A stretch of 64,000 bases of DNA, taken from assembly GCA_963826705.1 (NCBI GenBank), contig CAWGYF010000022.1:2099-66098 (forward strand). The letters are read 5' to 3'. The position numbers and the translations under genes are program-made. Source of the stretch: an uncultured Actinomycetota bacterium. GTDB taxonomy: Bacteria; Actinomycetota; Actinomycetes; Mycobacteriales; Pseudonocardiaceae. Below the pieces are notes generated by a model. The model did no database searches, was not told the DNA's origin, and worked only from the letters and a program-made list of their open reading frames with translations. This document shows positions 18,572 to 27,957 of the stretch, in pieces. Numbering within the stretch: position 1 is the stretch's first letter; every line of letters starts with the position of its first letter.

Positions 18572-19194
18572 GTGCCTACTGGGCATGGTGGGCGGGAGCC
18601 ATCGGGCTCGCCGCCGTCACGATCTTCTACACCGTCTTGACCGGCCGTTCGCTTGGTCTCTCCACGGCGTGGGACCGAGTGCTGCACTGGCGGGAGGAGC
18701 GCGAGCTGGAACGGCTCGACGAGGCCTTCGCCGACGATGACGTGTTCGCCGAGGCGTTGGCGATGGCCACAGCGGAGGAGTTCGGCACACCGCAGAGCCC
18801 CTCACCGGTGGCGACGGCGCCTGCACCGCTTCCCGAACAGAAGCCGCAGGCCGACACCCCTCGCGGGCCCGTTCCGCTGGCCAGCCACGCCGCGCTGCTC
18901 ATCTCGGTCTTCATCGGCGGTCTGATCGCCGCACTGGTCAGCGGCCGCTTCGACCTCCGGTTCGACATGGGCGACGCCTTCCGCGCCATCGTGACCGACA
19001 ACCCCATCGCCATGATCGTCACCCTGTTCTTCGGGGGTGTCCTCGTCGGCTTCGGCACACGGCTCGCGGGCGGCTGCAGCTCGGGCCACGGCCTGTCCGG
19101 GTGTGGCCGGATGCGTCCGGTCAGCCTCGTGGCCACAGCGGTGTTCTTCGGCACGGCGGTCGCGGTGTCGTTCCTGCTTTGGAAGGTGATCTGA
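18568..19194 (+). CDS. YeeE/YedE family sulfur-compound transporter, first half-type subunit
   Basis: Multi-TM protein carrying the signature GTRLAGGCSSGHGLSGCGRM. Confidence 0.8.
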   Translation: MSAYWAWWAGAIGLAAVTIFYTVLTGRSLGLSTAWDRVLHWREERELERLDEAFADDDVFAEALAMATAEEFGTPQSPSPVATAPAPLPEQKPQADTPRGPVPLASHAALLISVFIGGLIAALVSGRFDLRFDMGDAFRAIVTDNPIAMIVTLFFGGVLVGFGTRLAGGCSSGHGLSGCGRMRPVSLVATAVFFGTAVAVSFLLWKVI

Positions 19195-19613
19195 TGCTGC
19201 ACACCCGCGGCGGGATCCTGCTGGCTACCGTGATCGGCGGTCTCGCGCTCGGTTTCACGGTTGCCCGCATCGGGTTCGCCGACTTCGGCGAGCTCAACAA
19301 GATGTTCACTTTCCAGGACCTGCGGATGCTGCTGTCGTTCGCGGGCGGCGTCGCGATCATCGCGGTCGTGTTCATGATCTTGCGGGTGAAGCGCACAGCC
19401 GGGCGGATCCATCCCGGCGTCGTGCCGGGAGCGGTGCTGTTCGGCACCGGCTGGGCGATCTCGGGCGGCTGCCCCGCGATCCCACTCGTCCAGGTCGCGA
19501 CAGGTTACGTGCCTGCGATCTTCACTATCGCGGGCATCGTCGTCGGCGTCCGGCTGTGCCGCTGGGCCAACTGCCGCTACCTGCACCTCGACCGCGGATC
19601 CTGCGGCCTGTGA
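19194..19613 (+). CDS. YeeE/YedE-related membrane protein, second half-type subunit
   Basis: MLHTRGGILLATVIGGLALGF..GTGWAISGGCPAIPLVQV. The ATG overlaps the upstream TGA by 1 nt. Confidence 0.75.
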   Translation: MLHTRGGILLATVIGGLALGFTVARIGFADFGELNKMFTFQDLRMLLSFAGGVAIIAVVFMILRVKRTAGRIHPGVVPGAVLFGTGWAISGGCPAIPLVQVATGYVPAIFTIAGIVVGVRLCRWANCRYLHLDRGSCGL

Positions 19614-19683
19614 GCGTCACGCCGATCGCCGCAACCCGCACCCAGGGCGCCGCGAAACAACCGAGACGTGCGGCTCGCCGCGA

Positions 19684-21327
19684 TCACCTGCGCGCCTCGT
19701 AAGCGGCGAGGACCTCACCTGACGTGTCGTAGAAGCCGTCCGAGCCGATCAGGTCCGCGATCCCGTAGCGCTCCAGCTCGTCGCGGACCGGCTTGACCAC
19801 ATTGGACACGACTACCCGCGCGCCTGCCTTCTGTTCACGCTGCACAACCTGGGTGAGCACGGTTGCCGCGGTGTAGTCGATGTCCCCGATCGCGGCGGCG
19901 TCCAGGCAGAGCCAGCTCACCGCGGTGCCGTGGCCGGTCAGGGTCACGAGGTCGGTGACGAGCCGGGCGATGTTGGCGAAGTAGAGGCCGCTTCCGAAGC
20001 GGTAGACGAGCAGCCCCTCCGCCGTCCGCGCGCCCGGCGTCACCGGCTGAGAGCGCCAGTGCCCCTCCGCGGACTTCGCCAGCACGCTGCTCTGCGGCGC
20101 GTAGCTGTGCCGCAGGTGGTCGATGATCGAGACGACGACGGCGACCACGATCCCGTCCTCGACGCCGAGCAGCACCACGGCGAGCGCGGTGAGGACCGCG
20201 ACAACGAACTCCGACCGCCGCACGGCCAGGATCCGCCGCATCCCCGCGACATCCACCAGCTCCGCCCCGATGAGGAACACGACGGCGGCCAGCACCGCGA
20301 GCGGGAGCCCGCCCAGGAACCCGGTGGCGACCAGGCACACCACGACGACGAGGACGACGGAGATGAGCTGGGCGAGCTGCGAACGCCCGCCCCCTCCCAC
20401 CACCATCTGGGTCTTGGTCGGGCTGCCGTTGACGACGAACGCGCCGGTCATGGCGGCTGCGAGGTTCGCACCAGCGAGCGCGGTGAGGTCGTCGTCGGTG
20501 TCGACCTGTTCGTCGAACTGCACGGCGTACGCCCGCGAGGTGGCCGCGCTCTGAGCGAGGATCACCACGACCATCGACGCCCCGACAGGCAGCGTGGCGG
20601 CCAGGTCGGCCGGGTCGAGCGCGGGAAGGACGACCCCGGGGAGGCCTGCCGGAACCGGGCCGAGCACCGCCACGCCGAACCGAGACAGCCCGATCACCGC
20701 GTTGCCGACGATCGCCGCCACCACGGCGAGCAGCGCCACCGGGATGCGTCGGTCGAGCATCCGACCCAGCAGCACGACGGCGATGACCGCCGCCGAGACG
20801 AGCATTGTGGCCAGGTGCGCGCTCGGCAGCTCTGCGACGACCCGGATGACCTTCTCGGGGAGTGACCCGCTGCCCGCCTCGACCCCGAGCAGGTCACCGA
20901 GCTGTCCCAGCGCGACCTGCACGCCAACCCCGGTGAGGAAGCCGACCAGCACAGTGCGGGACAGGAAGATCGCGAGGAACCCCAGTTGGATCACCCTTGC
21001 CGCCGCGAGCAGGACCGCGACGACCAGCGCCACCGTGCCTGCCAACGCGACGTAGCGCGGCGATCCCGACACTGCGAGCCCCGACAGGCTCGCGGCGAGG
21101 ATGGCCGCGGTCGCCGAGTCGGCCGCGACGACGAGGTGGCGCGACGAGCACAGCAGCGCAAACACCACCATCGGCGCGAGCATCGTGTAGAGCCCGGTGA
21201 CCACCGGCATGCCTGCGATCCGCGCGTAGCCGAGGACCTCGGGGACGGCCAGCGCGGCGAGCGTGGCACCCGCGATCGCCTCCGGGACCCAGCGGTCGCG
21301 CGGCACGGGAAGCAGGCCGCGAAGCAT
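19684..21327 (-). CDS. SulP family sulfate/anion permease with C-terminal STAS domain
   Basis: 547 aa. N-terminal ..AGATLAALAVPEVLGYARIAGMPVVTGLY.., many TM segments, and a STAS-like tail (WLCLDAAAIGDIDYTAATVLTQVV). Confidence 0.9.
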   Translation of the reverse strand: MLRGLLPVPRDRWVPEAIAGATLAALAVPEVLGYARIAGMPVVTGLYTMLAPMVVFALLCSSRHLVVAADSATAAILAASLSGLAVSGSPRYVALAGTVALVVAVLLAAARVIQLGFLAIFLSRTVLVGFLTGVGVQVALGQLGDLLGVEAGSGSLPEKVIRVVAELPSAHLATMLVSAAVIAVVLLGRMLDRRIPVALLAVVAAIVGNAVIGLSRFGVAVLGPVPAGLPGVVLPALDPADLAATLPVGASMVVVILAQSAATSRAYAVQFDEQVDTDDDLTALAGANLAAAMTGAFVVNGSPTKTQMVVGGGGRSQLAQLISVVLVVVVCLVATGFLGGLPLAVLAAVVFLIGAELVDVAGMRRILAVRRSEFVVAVLTALAVVLLGVEDGIVVAVVVSIIDHLRHSYAPQSSVLAKSAEGHWRSQPVTPGARTAEGLLVYRFGSGLYFANIARLVTDLVTLTGHGTAVSWLCLDAAAIGDIDYTAATVLTQVVQREQKAGARVVVSNVVKPVRDELERYGIADLIGSDGFYDTSGEVLAAYEARR

Positions 21328-21437
21328 GACTTCCCCCGTTCAACACCGCGTAACAAGCGATCATCATTCACCCCGTCTGGCGTGGGTATAGTCCCCGGCG
21401 GCGGCAACCGCCAAAGGCGGCCCCGGAGGAGGACGAG

Positions 21438-22971
21438 CGTGACCGACCTGTCCGAAACCACCGCGACCGGCACCCCACGCCCGCGCGACCCCCAGACGAT
21501 CGCCTGGCCCGCGCGGGCGAGGGCGCGCCATCGCGGGCTGGAGGCGCTGGCCCCGCACGTGATCGTGCTCTTCGGCGCTACCGGCGACCTCGCCAAACGC
21601 AAGCTGCTGCCCGGGCTGGGCTTTCTGCAGCAGTCGCAGTTCGCCCCCGACGTCCGGATCGTCGGCACGGCGATGGAGGACCTCAGCACCGACGAGTTCC
21701 GCAAGCTGACCCGCTCGGCCATCGAGGACTTCGGCGCCCACAAGCTCTCCGACGAGGCCTGGGCCGAGTTCGCCGAGAAGATCACCTACGTGCCGCAGGG
21801 GGCGGGCCCGGAAGGTCTCACCACGGCGGTCAAGACGGCGGAGGCGCTGCTGGGCGACGGCGTACGGCGGCTGCACTACCTCTCGGTGCCCCCGCGCGCC
21901 GCCCAGTCCGTGATCGCGATGCTGCGCGACGCCGGGCTCGTCGAGAACGCACGCGTGATCATGGAGAAACCGTTCGGCGACGACCTCACGAGCGCGATCG
22001 CCTTGAACGACTTCGTGCACCAGACCTTCGCGGAGTCGCAGATCTTCCGCATCGACCACTTCCTCGGCAAGGAAGCGGCGCAGAACATCCTCGCGTTCCG
22101 ATTCGCCAATGGCCTGTTCGAGCCGATCTGGAACCGCAACTTCATCGACCACGTTCAGATCGACATCCCCGAGACGCTCGGGCTCGACCAGCGCGCGTCG
22201 TTCTACGAGCCGACCGGCGCTTACAAGGACATGGTCGTCACCCACCTCATGCAGGTGATGGCGTTCGTCGCAATGGAGCCGCCGACGGCGCTGGAGCCGC
22301 GGGCGATCAGCGAGGAGAAGAACAAGGTCTTCCGTTCGATGCTGCCGATCCACGCCAGCGACGTCGTACGCGGCCAGTACAGCGGCTACCGCACCGAGAA
22401 CGGCGTGGCGCCCGACTCGGACACCGAGACGTTCATCGCGCTCAAGGTCGGCATCGACAACTGGCGCTGGGCGGGCACCCCGTTCTACCTGCGCACCGGC
22501 AAGAAGCTGGCCGAAGGGATGCGCATCATCTCGATCGCGTTCAAGGAAGCTCCGCGCACGATGTTTCCTTCCGGCTCGGGCGTCGGCTCACAGGGCCCGG
22601 ACCACCTGACGTTCGACCTGGCCGACTCCTCGCGCGTGTCGCTCTCGTTCTACGGCAAGCAGCCGGGGCCCGGGATGCGGCTGGAGAAGCTGTCGATGCA
22701 GTTCTCCACGCAGGAGACCGAGCGCGCGGGCGACGTCATGGAGGCCTACGAGCGGCTGATCCTCGACGCCATGCGCGGCGACCACACGCTGTTCACGACG
22801 GCGGAGGGCATCGAGTCGCTCTGGGAGCGCTCGATGCCGCTGCTGGAGGACCCCCCACCGGTGAAGAACTACCCGCAGGGCACGTGGGGGCCCAACGCCA
22901 TCCACCAGCTCATCGCGCCGAACGCGTGGCGCCTGCCCTTCGAGCGGGCATGGAGGGAGAAAAAGAGCTGA
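21438..22971 (+). CDS. zwf: glucose-6-phosphate 1-dehydrogenase
   Basis: GTG 21438 follows GGAGGAGG. Motifs: VLFGATGDLAKRKLLPGL, RIDHFLGKE and YERLILDAMRGD. Confidence 0.9.
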
Positions 22972-23266
22972 CGGCGGGCGCCGCGAAGATCTCGGCGAGA
23001 AACTGGCGCCCCACGGTGGCGGCACGGTGCGCGAGCAGTAGCCAGTTTCCGCTATCGCCCGAACTCGTGAGAAGGCTCTAGGACCCTTCTAGGAGCCCGA
23101 TGAACAACCTGGGGTTGCCGGGTGTGTGAGGCGAGGGGTCTGCCCCGGAGGCCGCGGCTGCGGCTGAGGCGTTTGTGGAGGGTGGCGAGATCTGCTTTCG
23201 GCGGCGCTGACGGGCCCGTGCGGCTTGGGGTGTGTCACAGCCCTGGGCCGGGCCCGCTGGGGCCGT

Positions 23267-23491
23267 TCAAGCGGTGGCCAGCGCCCAGGTGCTGCCGGAG
23301 CGGGTCAGCCCGCGCCGGATCAGGGTGCGGAGGTTGAGCGCGGCGGCGCGGGTGTGCAGCCAGGCGTTGTTCTTGGTCACGCCGCGGTAGCGCAGCTTGA
23401 TCCGGCGCCCGTTCTGGGTGGCCACGTGGGCCACGGTGCGTTCCACGTTCGCGCGGGTGGGGTAGGCGGTGTGGAACTCGGGGGTGCGGGC
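23267..23491 (-). pseudogene. IS1182/IS5-type transposase, last ~75 codons only
   Basis: The minus-strand frame reads ARTPEFHTAYPTRANVERTVAHVATQNGRRIKLRYRGVTKNNAWLHTRAAALNLRTLIRRGLTRSGSTWALATA*, the conserved C-terminal block of these transposases. Nothing upstream of it is transposase-like. Confidence 0.65.
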
Positions 23492-24295
23492 CTAGGCGGC
23501 GGCGCGGAAGGGGCCCGCGAGCAGTTCGCGGGTGGGCTCGGGAAGGTCGTCGTGGAAGGCCGTTGCCACGGCGGCGCCCCAGACGGCATCGGCGAGCCCG
23601 GTGTCGGCGGTCACCGACAGTGCCTCGCCGAACAGGTAGCGGCCGAGGAACGGCACACCACAGACCGTCGACGTGTCGTCGACGACGCCACAGGCTGCGT
23701 TCCAGGCGTGCGCCGGGATGACCGACCGGGCGCGGTGGGCGCGGAGGCGGGCCGCAGGCGATGCCGCCCACGCGTGCCGGAGCACCTCCTCCACCTCGGG
23801 CGTCCGTGGGCCATAGGCGGTGCCCGGGGTCAACGTCGTGGGCAGACAGGCCTCCGTCCAGCCACGCAGGAGCACGTCGGTCGACTCCGGCCCGTCCGGG
23901 ACGCCGGGTGCCAGCGCAAGGCCTGCGTCGAAGATCGCGAGGACGCCGGTCACGTAGGGCGCGAGCCTGCGGTGGACGTGGTCGATCGCGTCGTAGGGAG
24001 CAAGCAGGAGCCGTGCTGGGAGCGTCGGGGAGCCGGGGAGCCGCGGGAGCCCGAACATCCGGGCCCACCGATACCACCGGGCCGCGAGCCAGCCGTCGGA
24101 CTCGAGCCGGGAGATGCGGCCGATGACCGCGACGCGGGCGGCGGCGCGTTCACCCGCGGGCGCGGCCAGCTCACCGATCTGCAAGACCCGCTCGACATCG
24201 AGGCGGGCGATGGTGACGTCGAGCATGGTCCGCCGGGCGGCAGGCTCCGCGACGGGCACCGCGAACTCGGCGACGGGCAACAGGTCAAGGGACAT
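23492..24295 (-). CDS. hypothetical protein, no recognised family
   Basis: Long ORF with coding-like G/C third positions (MSLDLLPVAEF..WLAARWYRWARMFGLPRLPG..). Start uncertain (ATG 24295 or 24358). Confidence 0.45.
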   Translation of the reverse strand: MSLDLLPVAEFAVPVAEPAARRTMLDVTIARLDVERVLQIGELAAPAGERAAARVAVIGRISRLESDGWLAARWYRWARMFGLPRLPGSPTLPARLLLAPYDAIDHVHRRLAPYVTGVLAIFDAGLALAPGVPDGPESTDVLLRGWTEACLPTTLTPGTAYGPRTPEVEEVLRHAWAASPAARLRAHRARSVIPAHAWNAACGVVDDTSTVCGVPFLGRYLFGEALSVTADTGLADAVWGAAVATAFHDDLPEPTRELLAGPFRAAA

Positions 24296-24553
24296 CGAAT
24301 ACCTGGCCTCTGGCGGGACGGGAGGGTCGACACAGACGGTAGGCAGGCCGCTTGGCATCGTTGCCCAACCTGAGGAAGGGGGTTGCCCAGCGGGAGTTTG
24401 GCGGCGGTCGAACGGCGACGGATGGACGCAACCTCGACCATTCAGAGTACTCGTGGCCCGCCGAATGGCCGGTCACTGTCTCAGCTTCAGCCAGCGCACC
24501 CGTTCGCCTTGCCGTCCAACTGCGAAGCGGTGGGCCACCAGCGGCCCGGGTTT

Positions 24554-24604
24554 GCAGCAGGGTGACCCTGCTGCGACTGGGTCGGAGCAGGGTCACCCTG
24601 CTGC
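24554..24604. repeat. two copies of a 20-21-nt palindrome GCAGCAGGGT(G/C)ACCCTGCTGC, 31 bp apart
   Basis: The copies lie at 24554-24574 and 24585-24604, with the central base flipped between them. They sit just downstream of the antiporter stop (24645) and upstream of the hypothetical gene. Confidence 0.75.
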
Positions 24605-24644
24605 GATGCCGACGTGGCCCAGCCACTGCACCGGCGCGGCGTTT

Positions 24645-25736
24645 CTAAGGCACGACCGCGACGAAGAGGAACGCCGCGAAGATCACGAGGTGCACCGCGC
24701 CCTCGAGCACGATCGCCGTGCCGAGGCCGACGGTGAGCGAGCTGACGAGCGCAGTGATCGCGAGCAGCACCAGCTCGACGCCCGAAAGGCCGAGCTGCAG
24801 TGGCCCTTCCATCCAGATCGAGGCCAGCGCGACGGCCGGGATGGTCAGGCCGATGCTCGCCAGTGCGGAGCCGTAGGCGAGGTTGAAGCTGGTCTGCAGA
24901 CGGTTGCGGGCGGCGGCGTTCACCGCGGCGAGGGTCTCGGGCAGCAGGACGAGCACCGCGATCGCCACGCCCACCACGGACGCGGGCGCCCCGACGGCGC
25001 TGACCCCGGCCTCGATGGTCGGCGAGATGGTCTTGGCCAGCCCGACGACGGCGACCAGCGACACGATCAGCAGTCCCAGACTGAGCAGCGCCGCACGCCC
25101 GCCCGGCGGCTCGACGTGCTCCTCCTCGATCTCGACGCCGTCTGCGCCATGGGATACCGGGAGGAAGTAGTCGCGGTGGCGGACGGTCTGCACGAAGACA
25201 TAGATGCCGTAGAGCACCACCGAGACAACGGCCGCGAAGGCCAGTTGGGGGCCCGCGAACGTCGGACCGGGGGTGCTGGTCGTGAACGCCGGGAGGGCCA
25301 TGCAGAGCGTCGCCAGCGTGATCACCGCCGCCAGCGCGCCGCCGCTGCCCGTCGCCTGAAAGGACACGACGCGGTGGCGGATCGCACCGACCACCAGCGC
25401 CAGCCCGACGATTCCGTTGCACGTGATCATCACGGCCGCGAAGACGGTGTCGCGGGCCAGCGAGGCCGTCTGGGGGCCACCGGAGGCGGTGATGCTCAGG
25501 ATCAGTCCGACCTCGATGATCGTCACCGCGACAGCGAGGATCAGTGAGCCCAACGGCTCACCGACGCGATGGGCCACGACCTCGGCATGGTGGACCGCGA
25601 TGAGCACCGCCCCGATCAGCCCGATCGCGACGAGCACAACCACCCACAGCGGCAGCGTGCGATGCCAGACGAGCACCAGCAGAAGGAGCGCGACGACGGG
25701 GGTTCCGATGGTCCGGACGGCAGCGGAGGAGGGCAC
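24645..25736 (-). CDS. Ca2+/H+ (cation/proton) antiporter, CaCA/ChaA-type
   Basis: GTG 25736 gives a 363-aa product with about 11 TM segments and two alpha-repeat-like regions (GEPLGSLILAVAVTIIEVGLI and LLPETLAAVNAAARNRLQTSFNLAYGSALASIGLTIP). Confidence 0.8.
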   Translation of the reverse strand: MPSSAAVRTIGTPVVALLLLVLVWHRTLPLWVVVLVAIGLIGAVLIAVHHAEVVAHRVGEPLGSLILAVAVTIIEVGLILSITASGGPQTASLARDTVFAAVMITCNGIVGLALVVGAIRHRVVSFQATGSGGALAAVITLATLCMALPAFTTSTPGPTFAGPQLAFAAVVSVVLYGIYVFVQTVRHRDYFLPVSHGADGVEIEEEHVEPPGGRAALLSLGLLIVSLVAVVGLAKTISPTIEAGVSAVGAPASVVGVAIAVLVLLPETLAAVNAAARNRLQTSFNLAYGSALASIGLTIPAVALASIWMEGPLQLGLSGVELVLLAITALVSSLTVGLGTAIVLEGAVHLVIFAAFLFVAVVP

Positions 25737-25809
25737 GCGGCGAGGCTGCCACACCTGCGGCCCGCCCCCATGATCAGGCGGCGCACCCTCCGTGCAGCCA
25801 CCGAACCTC

Positions 25810-25873
25810 GTGATCGCCGAGTGCTGCGGTTTCCGTGCGCCTGTACACGAAAACCGCAGGTTTCGGCGATCAT
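25810..25873. repeat. single 64-bp GATC-capped palindromic module
   Basis: GTGATCGCCGA-gtgct-GCGGTTTCCGTG-cgcctgta-CACGAAAACCGC-aggtt-TCGGCGATCAT. An inverted homolog lies at 40428-40491. Confidence 0.8.
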
Positions 25874-26033
25874 GACGGACGCCTACGCCTGGGCCGGTCG
25901 CTATGCCAACCGGGTCGTCCACGGCCAAGGGCAACCTGGCGTCAGCGCGCCGGGCGCATGCGGGCCGCCGCTCACAATGGCTACGGCTATCGGTCGTTGC
26001 CGCGCCCGCCGTCGGATGGAACGCTCGACCGAC

Positions 26034-26579
26034 ATGGGGAGATTCACCCGGCAGGCGATCGCGCTCGTTCTGCTCGCGGTCGTGGCGGCTTGCGGACAGC
26101 CGAGCGCAGCGACAGGTCCGCTGCCGAGCCCCGCGCCGACGTCCGCGCCCGCCGACGTCCCGTCTCCCCAAGCGGAGATGGTCTGCCAGCCCGAGGCTCA
26201 GGCGGACATCCAGGACCTCATCGGCCTCGTTCCGACAAGGGTCGGCCCAATCCAGTACGCCAACCACGTCACGACCTGCCGCTACGCCTACGCGGACGGC
26301 TCGTTCACGCTGATCGTGCAGGACCTGCCCAACGACCTCACCACCACTGACGCCTTCGACGCGCTGGCGGGCAAGCTTGGACGCGTCGACTCGATCGACC
26401 TGCCGGATGCCAACGCGTTCAGCACTACGGACGGCTCGATCGTGCTGCGCAAGGACACCAAGGTGATGCTCGTGGACGTCACGGGGCTGCCCGCCACATT
26501 CGGGAGTCCGCCCAGCTCCCGCGCCGACGCCGCCCGCCTGATCATGAAGGCCGTGCTCGGCTGCTGGACGGGCGACTAG
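26034..26579 (+). CDS. lipoprotein, unknown function
   Basis: MGRFTRQAIALVLLAVVAACGQP carries a lipobox (VAAC), followed by a Pro-rich linker. 181 aa. Confidence 0.65.
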   Translation: MGRFTRQAIALVLLAVVAACGQPSAATGPLPSPAPTSAPADVPSPQAEMVCQPEAQADIQDLIGLVPTRVGPIQYANHVTTCRYAYADGSFTLIVQDLPNDLTTTDAFDALAGKLGRVDSIDLPDANAFSTTDGSIVLRKDTKVMLVDVTGLPATFGSPPSSRADAARLIMKAVLGCWTGD

Positions 26580-26587
26580 GAGGGTCG

Positions 26588-26620
26588 GGCGAATGAGGGT
26601 TCCGCGAGCCCTCATTCGCC
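26588..26620. terminator. 12-bp-stem hairpin between convergent genes (member of a small repeat family)
   Basis: GGCGAATGAGGG-ttccgcgag-CCCTCATTCGCC. Half-copies occur at 37650-37671 and 39167-39178. Confidence 0.6.
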
Positions 26621-26629
26621 GGGGCGCTC

Positions 26630-27547
26630 TCAGCCCGCAGCCCGCTTGCGGATGTCCGGGGGGAACGTCCCCTCCTCGACACAGCGCTGTGACCACGCAT
26701 CGGCCTGTTCCACCACGAGCTTGAGGTCATCGCCCAGCGCGGCGAGGAGGTCGCCCTGCGCGGTGTCGGTGGCGGCTTCGACACCGTCGCGGAACACCCT
26801 GCCTGCCTCGGTGATTGAGTCGTCGGCGAGCAGCCCCTCCGCCTCGAGGCGGGCGACGGCCGCGTCGTAGGCCTCCTGCGGCCACGCTCGTGTGCCGCTG
26901 TACTCCCCCACCGGGTAGCCGACCCAGACCTCCGACAGCACACCCATCCGCACGGGATCGAGCCCGGCCGCGATGGAGGCCGCGATGTGCGAGTCGCCGC
27001 GGTGCTCGCGCACCATGTCCGCGGCCCGCCACAGCCGGGCGTAGGGGTCGGTCAGCCGCGGCCGGGAGCGCAGGGCCGCGAACAGCACACGCCCGGTGCC
27101 GTCGACGGCATCGACCGCGTGCTCCAGCACCTGGGCCACCTCGGCAACGGCCGCTTCCGACGCGATCGGTCCGATGGCGCTGCGCAAGCTCGCCGCAGCT
27201 GCGGCGTCCCGGACCGCCATCAGCTCGTCGAGGGAGATCTGCGCACGACCCTCTGTCCAAAGGCTGTCGATCAGCCCCGGCTCGAAGACGGCGAACGTGG
27301 CCGCCACCACCGCGGACGGCACGTCGCCGAGCGCGCCGCCGCGGCCGCAGACGTAGGAGGTGAGGAAGTTCAGCCCGTGCTCGGAGAGCGCGGCATTGAC
27401 CGATGGCGACCACACCGCATGCATGGCCACCGGCTCCAGCACGTCGCGCAGCCGCCGGGCAGGCGATGCGGCGGCGACGACCGGCGGCGTCGCCACGTCG
27501 TCGGGAGCGAGTGTGAAGAAGACCTCGACGGCGGCGGCGTAGTCCAT
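26630..27547 (-). CDS. conserved actinobacterial hypothetical protein (SCO6745-like, from memory)
   Basis: 305-aa ORF with coding-like composition (..LNFLTSYVCGRGGALGDVP..LWRAADMVREHRGDSHIAA..). Confidence 0.5.
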   Translation of the reverse strand: MDYAAAVEVFFTLAPDDVATPPVVAAASPARRLRDVLEPVAMHAVWSPSVNAALSEHGLNFLTSYVCGRGGALGDVPSAVVAATFAVFEPGLIDSLWTEGRAQISLDELMAVRDAAAAASLRSAIGPIASEAAVAEVAQVLEHAVDAVDGTGRVLFAALRSRPRLTDPYARLWRAADMVREHRGDSHIAASIAAGLDPVRMGVLSEVWVGYPVGEYSGTRAWPQEAYDAAVARLEAEGLLADDSITEAGRVFRDGVEAATDTAQGDLLAALGDDLKLVVEQADAWSQRCVEEGTFPPDIRKRAAG

Positions 27548-27684
27548 GCCCGAAACCCTAAGCCCCTCTCATCCCCCAGTACGCGGCTGATCGGGCGCGA
27601 AGACCGCGGGCGTTGATCCGCGGGACAGGGCCTAGGGTCCTCTCCGCGAGCAAGGGAGCTCCAGAAACAACGAGAGGAAGCGCA

Positions 27685-27897
27685 ATGGCCGATAACGTCT
27701 ATCGCATCGTCGAGATCGTCGGAACGTCGCCGGACGGCGTCGACGCGGCGGTCCGCAACGGCATCAAGCGCGCGGGGCGCACGTTGCGCAACGTCGACTG
27801 GTTCGAGGTGACCGAGATCCGCGGGAATCTGCGGGAGGGTGAGATCGCCGACTGGCAGGTCGGGATCAAGGTCGGTTTCCGCATCGAGGACGACTGA
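27685..27897 (+). CDS. dodecin family flavin-binding protein
   Basis: ATG 27685 follows GAGAGGAAG. The 70-aa product MADNVYRIVEIVGTSPDGVDAAVRNGIKRAGRTLRNVDWFEVTEIRG.. fits the dodecin pattern. Confidence 0.8.
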   Translation: MADNVYRIVEIVGTSPDGVDAAVRNGIKRAGRTLRNVDWFEVTEIRGNLREGEIADWQVGIKVGFRIEDD

Positions 27898-27915
27898 CAC
27901 CACCCGCAGGCAGAC

Positions 27916-27954
27916 GGGGCCGCTGCGGCGCCGATCACGGCACCGCAGCGGCCC
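27916..27954 (+). terminator. GC-rich hairpin downstream of the dodecin gene
   Basis: GGGGCCGCTGCGG-(14 nt)-CCGCAGCGGCCC, beginning 19 nt after the stop codon. Confidence 0.55.
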
Positions 27955-27957
27955 TGC

